From the NCBI GenBank assembly GCA_964541395.1, contig CAZIPM010000001.1:3833-67832 (forward strand): a DNA stretch of 64,000 nt. Reading direction: 5' to 3'. This DNA comes from an uncultured Gammaproteobacteria bacterium. GTDB lineage: Bacteria; Patescibacteriota; Microgenomatia; UBA8517. Of the stretch, positions 1 to 9,028 are shown one piece after another; the stretch's first letter is position 1; every line of letters starts with the position of its first letter. The notes below the pieces were generated by a model. That model did no database searches and had not been told where the DNA came from. It saw nothing but the letters and a program-made list of their open reading frames with translations. The position numbers and the translations under genes were made by a program.

Positions 1-1038
1 ATTGGCCCATTCGGATATTCTCAAATCGTCAATGTTTTTGTAAATGCCGATTCCTGCTATGTTGTATAGCATGTCTATCTTGTTGTATTTGGAGCTAATT
101 TCTTTAACTAATTTTGTTACTTCTTTTTCTTTTGAAAAATCGCATTCAAAATATGGTTTATTAAGAAGTTCATTTTGCCTGTCAACTCGTATACAAATAA
201 CCCCTTCTTTTTCAAGTTGATTTGCCAAAACATTTCCTATTCCTCCGCCTGCGCCAGTAATAACAGCAATTTTTCCTTTTAGATTTGCCTCGGCAAGTTG
301 CTCAGGAGTATTTACCCCAAACCAAACTGATTCGTCGTTCCATTTAAAACCATTTATTTTACATTGGTTTTGATAGGCAATTTTAACTATATCTGTAAGA
401 TAATACTCGTTTGATAATTCGTTTTTTTGTATTAAATTTATATATTTTTTTATAAATTTTGTTGAGAAACAATATAATCCTGAATTAATTTCAGTAATTA
501 ATTTTTGTTCATCTGTGGCATTTTTTTCTTCAATAATTGTATAAATAACACCTTTTTCATCCCTTGCTATTCTTCCTAAACCAAAAGGGTCACTTTTTGT
601 AATAGTTAATATGCTTAAGTCTGCATATGTATTTAGGTGTGAGGCCAGTAATCCTTTTAGCAATTCTGGAGTATAAAACGCGGAATCATCTCCACACATA
701 ACAATAACATACTCTATATCATCTGAGATTTTTGTTAATCCACATTTAACTGCGTCTGCAGTTCCTCTTCGTTCAGGTTGTTCAGCGTATATTACTGAAT
801 TTTTTAAAACTTTCTTGACTGATTCTTTTGCGTGCCCAACAACAGTTATAACAGTTTGAATACCTGCCCTTTTTATTATTTCTTTTGTATACCAAATCAT
901 TGGCTTACCTTTAAGTTTAAAGGTAACTTTGTTTTTATCGGCTGGAGCTTTCATCCTAGTTCCATTCCCTGCAGCCAAAATAATAACACCTACTTTAGAT
1001 AAATCAGGTATACTGGGTGCGAATGTAGAGTTTACCAT
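1..1038 (-). CDS. bifunctional sugar-phosphate nucleotidyltransferase (MobA/GlmU-like N-domain) fused to an SDR-family reductase (Bcs1/CDP-ribitol-synthase-like); the 3' end of the gene lies beyond the window start
   Basis: I translated the minus strand from the ATG at 1036-1038: MVNSTFAPSIPDLSKVGVIILAAGNGTRMK (nucleotidyltransferase G-rich loop) ... YAEQPERRGTADAV ... KIAVITGAGGGIGNVLANQ (SDR Rossmann TGxxxGIG motif). It is absent from the ORF track because it is truncated by the window edge. Confidence 0.6.
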   Translation of the reverse strand, partial: MVNSTFAPSIPDLSKVGVIILAAGNGTRMKAPADKNKVTFKLKGKPMIWYTKEIIKRAGIQTVITVVGHAKESVKKVLKNSVIYAEQPERRGTADAVKCGLTKISDDIEYVIVMCGDDSAFYTPELLKGLLASHLNTYADLSILTITKSDPFGLGRIARDEKGVIYTIIEEKNATDEQKLITEINSGLYCFSTKFIKKYINLIQKNELSNEYYLTDIVKIAYQNQCKINGFKWNDESVWFGVNTPEQLAEANLKGKIAVITGAGGGIGNVLANQLEKEGVICIRVDRQNELLNKPYFECDFSKEKEVTKLVKEISSKYNKIDMLYNIAGIGIYKNIDDLRISEWAN

Positions 1039-1264
1039 CGTGGGGTATTATAGTCCTATAATTATATATTTACAACTATGGGTTATAAAAGTCTCTATTT
1101 ATTATATACAGTATCCCAATTCATTATATTTAGCCACAGTATAAAGAAAAATATATAAAAATACATCTTTTGTTAATCGGTGTGACAACACTTCTAGAAA
1201 CGCGTTATATGTCTTGTGATATGCGTAATACTAAGACATAAAATTGTTTTAGTTGAAAAGGTGA

Positions 1265-1786
1265 TCTTTATACCTTGCTAACATCAACCTCGTTCAGTTT
1301 ATTATAGAACTCTTTGCTGAGGCGATTGCCGTAGCAGAGGATGACGCATTCTTTACAGGAACTGGTGTAGGACAACCTACCGGTATTACTACTTACAATA
1401 TTGCTAATGCGCAAATTGCAGGTGCAACTTTAACATTTGATGACATTATTCATCTTTTGGATTTAGTTCCACAAAGAGTAACACAGTCTCCAAGAGCAGC
1501 TTTCGTTGGGCATCGTTACGCAAAAAGAATAGCAAGGGGATTGAAAGATACTAATAACAATTTTATCTGGAGGGATTCTTCGCAGGGTCGTATGAGTGGT
1601 CAGACTGAAAAGTTGTCTGACATGTTATACGGATATCCGTTCTACGAACAGAATGACTTACCTCAATCTGAGTTGTACTTCGGTGACTGGAGCTATTACA
1701 TAATTGGTGACCGACAGACCATGACAGTAAAAACCACGACAGAGGGATTGAACTTCAAATTACAATCGGGTTATTTTTTTTATTGA
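1265..1786 (+). pseudogene. C-terminal fragment of an HK97-family phage major capsid protein (prophage remnant)
   Basis: The frame opens straight after a TGA at 1262-1264 with no plausible N-terminus. The translation ...ELFAEAIAVAEDDAFFTGTGVGQPTGITTYN... matches the conserved E..AF..G.G.g.P.GI block of HK97-type capsids. The track ORF 1457..1786 'starts' at a TTG. Local GC is visibly higher than the flanks. Confidence 0.55.
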
Positions 1787-1961
1787 CTTCATGCGTTATA
1801 TTCTGGTCATGTTATTTCAGAAAGACCATACAATCAATAAAGGCAGAGTTCCTTGTGAATATTTATTATTGTACGAAATCAAGTTTTTGGAGATAGCTTC
1901 TTTGGACATCAACCAACTACTTCACAATTTGCATAATTGACAACCGATGTAGAATGAGAAT

Positions 1962-2468
1962 GTGAATATTATATTGGTTGTTGTTTCTTTAGTGTTTTTT
2001 ATTAGCGGTGTATATATTAACCTAAAGGACAATAAAAATCCGGAAAACTTAAACAGTTGGATAGAAAATTCTCCATCATCAACTCCATTTCCAACCGGAT
2101 CGAGAAATGCTATCTCTTCACCCTCTGCTATTGTAAAAGGATCTGTTTCCTCAATTACTGTTCCCGAAGCATCAAAGCCCGCTTCAGACATACTTGGATC
2201 ATTTCAATATCCTAGGTCAAATATAATTTCTAAGACTGAAAGTGAAATGGTGTTGGAAAATTCCGGACAGGAGAACATTGTTACAAATTGGTACAAAAAT
2301 AAAATTGAAAGTCAGAGATATTCGTCAAAAAGTTATGCACTAACAAATACAAATGGGAATATATTAAATAAACTGTCAGCCGCAAAAAATGGAAGTAAGG
2401 TAGAGATTGAAATAAAAAAAGACAGCTCTGAATCAAAAATCCATATAATCATTCGCTTGACAAACTAA
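1962..2468 (+). CDS. hypothetical membrane-anchored protein (N-terminal TM helix, Ser/Asn-rich ectodomain)
   Basis: ORF with an N-terminal hydrophobic helix, IILVVVSLVFFISGVYI. I recognise no family. Confidence 0.35.
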   Translation: MNIILVVVSLVFFISGVYINLKDNKNPENLNSWIENSPSSTPFPTGSRNAISSPSAIVKGSVSSITVPEASKPASDILGSFQYPRSNIISKTESEMVLENSGQENIVTNWYKNKIESQRYSSKSYALTNTNGNILNKLSAAKNGSKVEIEIKKDSSESKIHIIIRLTN

Positions 2469-2520
2469 AAATCCTTCTGTAACATTCCAAGAAGTCAAGC
2501 CTGCCTGATGAAAAGTTCAA

Positions 2521-3159
2521 ATGCGTAATTTAAAAATTATACTCGGCAGGATAGTTGAAAACTTCAATAGAATAAACTTTAAAAATTTGCTGGGTAACAA
2601 TGAGTTTGCATTTAATAACCATTCATATAAAAAGATTGTTCCAGTTGTTATCCTTGTTGTTTTCGTTTTGATTACAATAATTCTTGTTTTCTATCTTGTT
2701 AGAAATTCAAAAAACCCTAGCGAAATAATCATTAAAGATGCTAAGGATGTTTATAACGTAGAGAAAGAGTTTTTATTTCCTATTTTTGATGATAAAGGTA
2801 AAGAAGTCTATAAGTTGAAATACATTATTCAGAATGTGGAGAAGAGGGATGAAATTGTAGTTAAAGGTCAAAGAGCAAGATCGGTTAAGGGAAGAACATT
2901 TCTTATTGTTAATATAAAAATAGTAAATGATTTCAATCAACCAATTACAATTCAGTCAAGGGATTATGTCAGATTTTCCCTAAATGGAGATAAAAATCAA
3001 TGGTTGGCTCCGGATATTCACAATGATCCGATTGAGATTCAGGCAATCTCCACAAAACTAATAAGAGTAGGTTTGGCTGTGAATGATTCCGACAATAATA
3101 TAGTCCTTCGTGTTGGAGAAATAAATGGAAATAAAACTGAAATTGAGGTAAAGATTTAA
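2521..3159 (+). CDS. membrane-anchored DUF4352-like beta-domain protein
   Basis: A TM helix (VPVVILVVFVLITIILVFYLV) is followed by ...KGRTFLIVNIKIVNDFNQPITIQSRDYVRFSLNGDKNQW..., the pattern typical of the DUF4352 family. Confidence 0.45.
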   Translation: MRNLKIILGRIVENFNRINFKNLLGNNEFAFNNHSYKKIVPVVILVVFVLITIILVFYLVRNSKNPSEIIIKDAKDVYNVEKEFLFPIFDDKGKEVYKLKYIIQNVEKRDEIVVKGQRARSVKGRTFLIVNIKIVNDFNQPITIQSRDYVRFSLNGDKNQWLAPDIHNDPIEIQAISTKLIRVGLAVNDSDNNIVLRVGEINGNKTEIEVKI

Positions 3160-3160
3160 A

Positions 3161-3346
3161 ATGAGTGATCCATATGCAACAAATAATGTCTCTCCACTAT
3201 TAATCGCAGAATTAACCAGGGCTTTGGAAAGTGTCAACGATTATGGCAGCGTGGAAATAATAATACAGGGTGGTATCGTTACTCAGATCAGTACCAGAAA
3301 AATTAGAAAGACCAGTGCCCAGGCTAAGTCAAATAATAACTCTTGA
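3161..3346 (+). CDS. small YezD/DUF2292-like protein
   Basis: 61 aa. ...YGSVEIIIQGGIVTQISTRKIRK resembles the DUF2292 core (GSV.i..qdGkVvqIe.tekir). The start overlaps the stop of the upstream gene (TAAAATG). Confidence 0.4.
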   Translation: MSDPYATNNVSPLLIAELTRALESVNDYGSVEIIIQGGIVTQISTRKIRKTSAQAKSNNNS

Positions 3347-3419
3347 CAAGCCTAAAATATTTAGCTATAAGTTATTATTACATTAACATTATAAGCTAAG
3401 GATTTATAAGCTGACCGCG

Positions 3420-3476
3420 AACGGAGGCTTTCTTCCCTCAATTGATTTTGGGGAAAGGAAGCCTCCGTTTTCGTTT
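3420..3476 (+). terminator. rho-independent terminator downstream of the YezD-like gene
   Basis: An imperfect stem of about 15 bp, aacggaggctttcttccc / gggaaaggaagcctccgtt, followed by ttttcgttt. Confidence 0.5.
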
Positions 3477-3563
3477 GTAACGGAAACGGTTTTAAAGTGC
3501 TCTCTTAAACCAGGTACTGAAAAGTAGCTGGGGAGAACAAATGAAAGGGGGTGAATAATATAA

Positions 3564-4823
3564 ATGAATAAATACCAAAAAGCAGTAACAGCTGCTGTAG
3601 CGGCTGGAACATTATTACTTCAAAGTTTTATGCCCATTTTTGCGGCAACGATAATAATTTCTGGAAACGGAACTGATTCCGACAATACAGCAGATGTAGA
3701 ATTAAATCACTCAGTAAGTGTTACTCAATCAAATTATGCGGACGTTAAAAACGATGTTGACGCATCAGCGACAACAGGTAAAAACGAAGCCGAGGGTAAT
3801 ACCGGAGGCGATGTTTCTATCGAAACAGGTAGCGCAGATACAACAGTAAATGTAAGCAACGATTTGAATAAAAACGTAGCTAATGTAGACTGCTGTGGAG
3901 CAACTGATTTTGAAGTCGAAATTTCCGGAAACGGAAAAGACTCAGATAATAAAGTTGACCTGGATTATAACGAAAAAACTTCTGCAGTAACAGTTTCACA
4001 AGAAAATTATGCAGATGTTGAAAACGATATAGATGCAACCTCTTCTACTGGTAAAAACGAAGCTGAAGACAACACGGGTGGAAATGTTTCTATTGAAACC
4101 GGTGCTGCAACAACTGAAGTTACCGTAGGAACGGCAGCTAATGTCAACTCCGCAAGAGTAGGAGGTGGCTCATCACAAGGTGGGTCAGTTTCAGCTCTAA
4201 TCTTGGGTAACGGCAAGGACAGCGACAACAAGATCGACCTAGATCTTAGTAGCTGGGTAGCCTTATACCAGGATAATTATGCAGATGTTGATAATGATAT
4301 CGACGCTGCAGCTTACACAGGTAAAAACGAAGCAGAAGACAATACCGGAGGTGAAGTATCCATAGAGACCGGAAAAGCAGACGTAACCGTTGAAGTAGAC
4401 AATTCAGTAAACTTCAACTTTGCAGATGCCAATTGTGGATGCTTATTAGAAGATCTTTTGGCTAAAATCGCTGGAAACGGAGTAGACTCCGAAAACAAGA
4501 TTGAAGCTGAAATAGGATCAGGACTTTCTGTAGATCAAAGCAACTGTGGAAGTGAAGAGAAAAAGTCTGAAGATTGTGAGTTAGACAACGATGTTGATGC
4601 ATTTGCAGGTACTGGCTTGAACGAGGCAGAGGATAATACCGGAGAACCGGGCGATGATCCTTCAATCGAAACTGGCGCAGCGGCTTCGACCGTTGAGTTA
4701 GGCAATTCAGGCAATACAAATGTATACGGTGCGAGTGATGACTGGGAATTACCAGGATTCGATTTCAATCTAAACTTTTCTTTCAGTTTATCTGAACTGT
4801 TAGATTTGTTAGGACTGAACTAA
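3564..4823 (+). CDS. secreted repeat protein with four tandem modules of about 100 aa each (novel family; module core GNGxDSDN...NYADVxNDxDAxxxTGKNEAEDNTGGxVSIETG)
   Basis: Signal peptide MNKYQKAVTAAVAAGTLLLQSFMPIFAAT. Four recognisable internal repeats, with CC/CGC motifs between modules. A strong SD (aaagggggtg) lies upstream of the ATG. Confidence 0.7.
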   Translation: MNKYQKAVTAAVAAGTLLLQSFMPIFAATIIISGNGTDSDNTADVELNHSVSVTQSNYADVKNDVDASATTGKNEAEGNTGGDVSIETGSADTTVNVSNDLNKNVANVDCCGATDFEVEISGNGKDSDNKVDLDYNEKTSAVTVSQENYADVENDIDATSSTGKNEAEDNTGGNVSIETGAATTEVTVGTAANVNSARVGGGSSQGGSVSALILGNGKDSDNKIDLDLSSWVALYQDNYADVDNDIDAAAYTGKNEAEDNTGGEVSIETGKADVTVEVDNSVNFNFADANCGCLLEDLLAKIAGNGVDSENKIEAEIGSGLSVDQSNCGSEEKKSEDCELDNDVDAFAGTGLNEAEDNTGEPGDDPSIETGAAASTVELGNSGNTNVYGASDDWELPGFDFNLNFSFSLSELLDLLGLN

Positions 4824-4927
4824 ACCGTACTTTTGGGATCTGGAGGGATTAAGCTTGCACTTAGCTAATCTCTCCGGAACCAGAAGACGAAAGTAAAAAA
4901 AATAAGAAGTTAAAAAAGAATAACAAA

Positions 4928-7213
4928 ATGACGGAAATTAAAAGAATATTTACGGGGTTACTTATTGGAATATTATTAATAGCCAATAATTCGTTTGTGC
5001 TGGCAATTGAACCTCCACCTGCAGCAACTCCACCACCTGCAGCAACTCCTCCGCCAGCGGCGACACCACCGTCTTCCACTATTAATCCTGTGGCAACTAT
5101 TACTCCACCACCTGCAGCAACTCCACCGCCAGCCTGGACACCTGCTGCAACAACAACAAATTCTCCGCAAGCATCCGGAGCGGGAGCTACAGCTACACCA
5201 AAACCAACCAAAACGCCAAAACCGGCAACTCCGACTCCTGCTCCTGCAGCGATTACATCAGGACAACCAACTCCTTCAAGTTCAACAAATGAACTAGTGG
5301 CACCCGTTAACAGTGAAGATACAGGAGGTCAGGATGGGGATGGAGGATTTGGTGCAACAATTACTACCTCTGATGCAAATAATACCGGAGCAATTGCCAA
5401 TAATGTTAATAGTAATCTTGCCGTAGTCTCAGGTGACGGCAGTAGTGGAGCGACGGTTGTAAATTCCGGAAATGGAAGTAATTCCACCAATTCAGGATCA
5501 TTATCTATTACAGGAGGAGACAATACAAATCAAATAAATAGCGCTGTAGTTAATAATAATTTGGCTTTAGTTTCGGACAGCGGAGACAATTCCGCTTCAG
5601 GTAATACCGGAGGAGATTCCGTAATATCAACCGGGAATGCAAATGTCACAGGTACAATAATCAATTCAGTTAATACAAATGTTTCTGGGATAAATGTGGC
5701 TGAATTTAACATAGTTGAGGATCACATGGGTGATCTTATCTTGGATTTTTCAGGAGCTTGCCCAATAAGTGGTTGTATCGGGTCAATTTACAATGTTGCA
5801 AACATTGATAATGGGTCAGGGTCAACGAACACAGCCTCCATTGATTCGGTAATTGATAATACAACTTTCCAGAATAATGACGCTACTGTTGAGAATAATA
5901 TGACTTTAGTTGCCGAAAGCGGTGAAAATAAAACGAACTATAATACGGGAGGCGATTCGTCTATAACAACAGGTGACGCAAACGTATCTGCAAATATTAT
6001 GAATTTTGTCAACAATAACATAGCAGGAGGAGTAGTCTATGCAGTTGTAAATATTTTCGGAGAATTGATCGGCGATATAATATTACCAGGTGGTATTTCA
6101 ATACCATGTTGTTTAGGGAGCAGCGATATTAATGCAATTAATTCGGATAACGGTTCAAATTCAACCAATAATATTAATTTGGATATTACCGATAACACAA
6201 ATTATGATCAATTTAACTCGGTAGACATAACCAATAACCTTATCTTTGATGCCAACTCAGGAAGAAATGAAACAAGTGATAATACTGCCGGAAGTTCGTC
6301 TGTAAAAACAGGGAATACTTCAGTTGACGCGCAGGTATTAAATATTGCCAATACGAATATAATCGGGGGAAATTGGTGGTTGGTACTGGTTAATGAGGCA
6401 GGAAACTGGGTAGGAAAAATATTAGGTGCTGACGGGCAATCTTTCGGAGGTTCCGACGGATTTAACTTTACTGTCAATGAATCAGGAGAGATTACAGTTA
6501 TGAATTCAGGTAACGGCAGTGACACAAATAATACTGTAAATGTTAGCGAAACTACAAATAATTCAGTTACTCAAAACAACACTGCAACTTTGGTAAATAA
6601 TGTAAATCTGACTGCTGACAGCGGACACAACTCAGCTTCGAGTAACACCGGAGGTAATTCATCAATCCAAACTGGTGATGCAAATATAGTCGCCAACATC
6701 GTAAACTTTGTGAATAATAATATTATTGGATCGGGTAAACTATTCGTAACAGTTGTTAACGTATTTGGAAATTGGATTGGTGATTTCAAAGGACCGGGTT
6801 TTGAAGAAAATATTGAAGATAATTCTGATTTGGCAATCGGAGGAGCGGAAGTTAATAATTCGGCGTCTAATGAAAATTTAAATGAAAATAGCAATCAAGA
6901 TAATAATATTCCATCTACAACCAACAGTCTCTCAAGATTTGTTAATGACCCGGTTAATGCGTGGAATAGTGCTAATAATGATGTCATCTCAAATTCAACA
7001 AACGAGTCCCTTACATCCGCCGGTCAGAAAGTTGCTAAGATATTAGGTTCATCTACAGTTACGAAAGATTCAAATGGAAAAAAGAAAGTTACCATAAATC
7101 TTGCCTGGCTACTGTTAGGTTTGTTCCCATTGGGATTAACAACAGGAGTATTAAGAAGAAGACAGTATATAAAAAATATAATCCTTAAATACAGGAGTAA
7201 TGGGAAAACTTAG
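4928..7213 (+). CDS. large cell-surface repeat protein (Pro/Ala/Thr linker, NTGG...S(I/V)xTGxAN modules, C-terminal hydrophobic anchor plus basic tail)
   Basis: Signal peptide; PPPAATPPPAATPPPAAT linker; multiple modules SGDNSASGNTGGDSVISTGNANV / SGENKTNYNTGGDSSITTGDANV / SGHNSASSNTGGNSSIQTGDANI; C-terminus ...LAWLLLGLFPLGLTTGVLRRRQY. Confidence 0.7.
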   Translation: MTEIKRIFTGLLIGILLIANNSFVLAIEPPPAATPPPAATPPPAATPPSSTINPVATITPPPAATPPPAWTPAATTTNSPQASGAGATATPKPTKTPKPATPTPAPAAITSGQPTPSSSTNELVAPVNSEDTGGQDGDGGFGATITTSDANNTGAIANNVNSNLAVVSGDGSSGATVVNSGNGSNSTNSGSLSITGGDNTNQINSAVVNNNLALVSDSGDNSASGNTGGDSVISTGNANVTGTIINSVNTNVSGINVAEFNIVEDHMGDLILDFSGACPISGCIGSIYNVANIDNGSGSTNTASIDSVIDNTTFQNNDATVENNMTLVAESGENKTNYNTGGDSSITTGDANVSANIMNFVNNNIAGGVVYAVVNIFGELIGDIILPGGISIPCCLGSSDINAINSDNGSNSTNNINLDITDNTNYDQFNSVDITNNLIFDANSGRNETSDNTAGSSSVKTGNTSVDAQVLNIANTNIIGGNWWLVLVNEAGNWVGKILGADGQSFGGSDGFNFTVNESGEITVMNSGNGSDTNNTVNVSETTNNSVTQNNTATLVNNVNLTADSGHNSASSNTGGNSSIQTGDANIVANIVNFVNNNIIGSGKLFVTVVNVFGNWIGDFKGPGFEENIEDNSDLAIGGAEVNNSASNENLNENSNQDNNIPSTTNSLSRFVNDPVNAWNSANNDVISNSTNESLTSAGQKVAKILGSSTVTKDSNGKKKVTINLAWLLLGLFPLGLTTGVLRRRQYIKNIILKYRSNGKT
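5012..5068 (+). repeat. 18-bp tandem repeat x3 encoding (PPPAAT)3, with a partial fourth copy near 5104-5136
   Basis: cctccacctgcagcaact / ccaccacctgcagcaact / cctccgccagcggcgaca, read directly from the sequence. Confidence 0.7.
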
Positions 7214-8381
7214 AAAAGTCCTAATCATCCTGCCTCAAATAACCTTAATTTTAGCCGGGATGTTTTCTCCGTTCACACGTGTTGCATACGCAACAGAAAT
7301 AATAGTAACTGGAAACGGTGACGGTTCAACCAGTGAAGTCAACACTGCAATTAATTCTACAACTTCCATAACTCAGAACAATGATGCTAATGTTAATAAC
7401 GATATTAATTCATCAGCATCAACAGGGGGAAACGAAGCAAATGGCAATGTCCAAGCAGTAAGTATTCAAACCGGAAATATAAATAATAGTGTTGAAGTAA
7501 ACAATAACTTAAATAATTCAATTGCAACAATTGACTGCTGCCCATCCAATGGAAGCACTTTTACAATCTCAGCTAACGGAACCGAAAGTGTAAATTCAAT
7601 TGAGGTTAATAGTGAATCGACAAATACGTATTCAATCAATCAAACCGCAATCATCAGAAATAATATCTTGGGATATTCCAACACCGGTGGTAATTCGGCA
7701 AATAACAATAGCGGTAGTGTGTCGATAGAAACCGGAAATATAGATTCAAAAAGTAAAATCATAAATGATCCGATAAACCAGTATTATTTAAAAGCTGGGG
7801 TTATTAAACCCAATTTTTCAGCATTAGTTTCTGAAAATGGCGCGGGTAGCGAAAACTATGTATCTTTAAATATTTTACACAATAATTCTATAACAATTAA
7901 CAATTTTTTTAGTGTTGACAACAATCTTGATTGGCAGCTAGTGACAGGTGATAATACTGCGAACAATAACTTAGGAAATGTTTTTATAAAAACAGGAAAT
8001 ATAATGTTTGATACAGTTATTAGAAATGCTGCCAATATTGGTGGAGTTAATTTAACTTGTTGCAAGGCCTTCAGAGACGATCAAGATCCCCCAGATGATG
8101 AAGAAATACCAGATGATAAAGAAGTACCAGATGATGAAAGAGAGGCTACCCCTACTCCTAAACCTACAAATGGAATAGGCGGAAGCTCGGTTTTAAACTC
8201 AGCTTCATCAGATAGTGGAGGTGTCAGTCCATCGGTACTTGGTCTTTCGGACACTTCAAGTCCGGCAATGAGCCTTATTAGATTATTAGTCGGAACTTTA
8301 ACTGCTCTATTGGGATTTATTATAGTTAGCCAAAAATTGTATGCTTACAAAAAAGCTCTTCAAATATATATTAAAGTTTAA
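7200..8381 (+). CDS. cell-surface repeat protein, paralog of 3564 and 4928, with an acidic PDDxEx repeat and a C-terminal membrane anchor
   Basis: Signal peptide. Modules ...STGGNEANGNVQAVSIQTGNINN..., IDCCPSNGS, LTCCKAF. C-terminus ...LIRLLVGTLTALLGFIIVSQKLYAYKK. AGGAG lies 3 nt upstream of the ATG at 7200. Confidence 0.65.
   Translation: MGKLRKVLIILPQITLILAGMFSPFTRVAYATEIIVTGNGDGSTSEVNTAINSTTSITQNNDANVNNDINSSASTGGNEANGNVQAVSIQTGNINNSVEVNNNLNNSIATIDCCPSNGSTFTISANGTESVNSIEVNSESTNTYSINQTAIIRNNILGYSNTGGNSANNNSGSVSIETGNIDSKSKIINDPINQYYLKAGVIKPNFSALVSENGAGSENYVSLNILHNNSITINNFFSVDNNLDWQLVTGDNTANNNLGNVFIKTGNIMFDTVIRNAANIGGVNLTCCKAFRDDQDPPDDEEIPDDKEVPDDEREATPTPKPTNGIGGSSVLNSASSDSGGVSPSVLGLSDTSSPAMSLIRLLVGTLTALLGFIIVSQKLYAYKKALQIYIKV
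8091..8144 (+). repeat. 18-bp tandem repeat x3 encoding PDDEEI/PDDKEV/PDDERE
   Basis: ccagatgatgaagaaata / ccagatgataaagaagta / ccagatgatgaaagagag. Confidence 0.65.
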
Positions 8382-8988
8382 AAAACTCGTTTCTAAACCA
8401 AAATTTAAGATTAGGTTAAAAAAACTTAAGGTTGGGAAATACCCATTTTCTTTAGGTTTAGCCCTTCTGATTTTTGGTGGATTTTTATTAGTTGGAAATG
8501 GAGTTAATAAAAATAAAGCAGCATATACATTTGCAACAGAACCTGTGAAGATTGAAGGGTTTAACCAAATTAAGAATCAAGAAGGTACTGAAGAACCTGT
8601 CAAGATTATTATACCGAAAGCTGGTATTGATCTTCCTGTAAAAAGATCAGAGGTAATTAACGGTTATTGGGAAGTATTTCAGGATACTGCTGGATGGGGG
8701 ATAGGGTCAGGTTTTCCGGGAAAAATCGGCAATCAGGTAATTTTTGCCCATGCAAGGGAAGGTTTGTTTTTACCTCTTAATAAATTGAAAAAAAATGACA
8801 GAATATATGTCCATACCAAAAGTTCTTGGTTTTCATATTATGTTATCGATATTAAAAGTGTAGCTCCTAACCAATTGGAAGTAATTGCACCCACCCAAGA
8901 TGAAACTCTGACACTTTATACATGTAGCGGTTATAAAGACTCGTACAGACTTATAATTGTTGCAAAACGTGAGGACCCCTTGTTCTAA
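8341..8988 (+). CDS. sortase-family transpeptidase (N-terminal TM anchor)
   Basis: Conserved His (VIFAHAREG), the TLxTC catalytic Cys motif (ETLTLYTCSGY) and an Arg (YRLIIVAKRE) in the canonical order and spacing. The N-terminal helix is FSLGLALLIFGGFLLV. The start is uncertain, because the track start overlaps the previous gene by 41 nt. Confidence 0.7.
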   Translation: MLTKKLFKYILKFKKLVSKPKFKIRLKKLKVGKYPFSLGLALLIFGGFLLVGNGVNKNKAAYTFATEPVKIEGFNQIKNQEGTEEPVKIIIPKAGIDLPVKRSEVINGYWEVFQDTAGWGIGSGFPGKIGNQVIFAHAREGLFLPLNKLKKNDRIYVHTKSSWFSYYVIDIKSVAPNQLEVIAPTQDETLTLYTCSGYKDSYRLIIVAKREDPLF

Positions 8989-9001
8989 TCAAGGGGTCCT
9001 C
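8971..9001. terminator. bidirectional intrinsic terminator between the convergent sortase and 9029..9637 genes
   Basis: Perfect 12-bp inverted repeat gaggaccccttg-ttctaat-caaggggtcctc. The sortase stop codon lies within the loop. Confidence 0.6.
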
Positions 9002-9028
9002 TAGACAAAACGACTACACTTTATACGA

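Noticed and set aside
929-1144. Plus-strand 71-aa ORF
   Set aside because: It overlaps the 5' end of the minus-strand nucleotidyltransferase-SDR gene, which has clear motifs. Its translation is hydrophobic junk.
4007-5712. Multiple antisense or alternative-frame ORFs inside the surface repeat-protein genes (4007..4231, 4313..4498, 4462..4719, 4535..4768, 4861..5211, 4976..5170, 4995..5297, 5329..5523, 5530..5712 and similar ones through 6894)
   Set aside because: They lie wholly within long, well-supported plus-strand ORFs with signal peptides and repeat structure. Their products are low-complexity (Gln/Leu/Arg/Cys-rich) artefacts of the repetitive, biased sequence.
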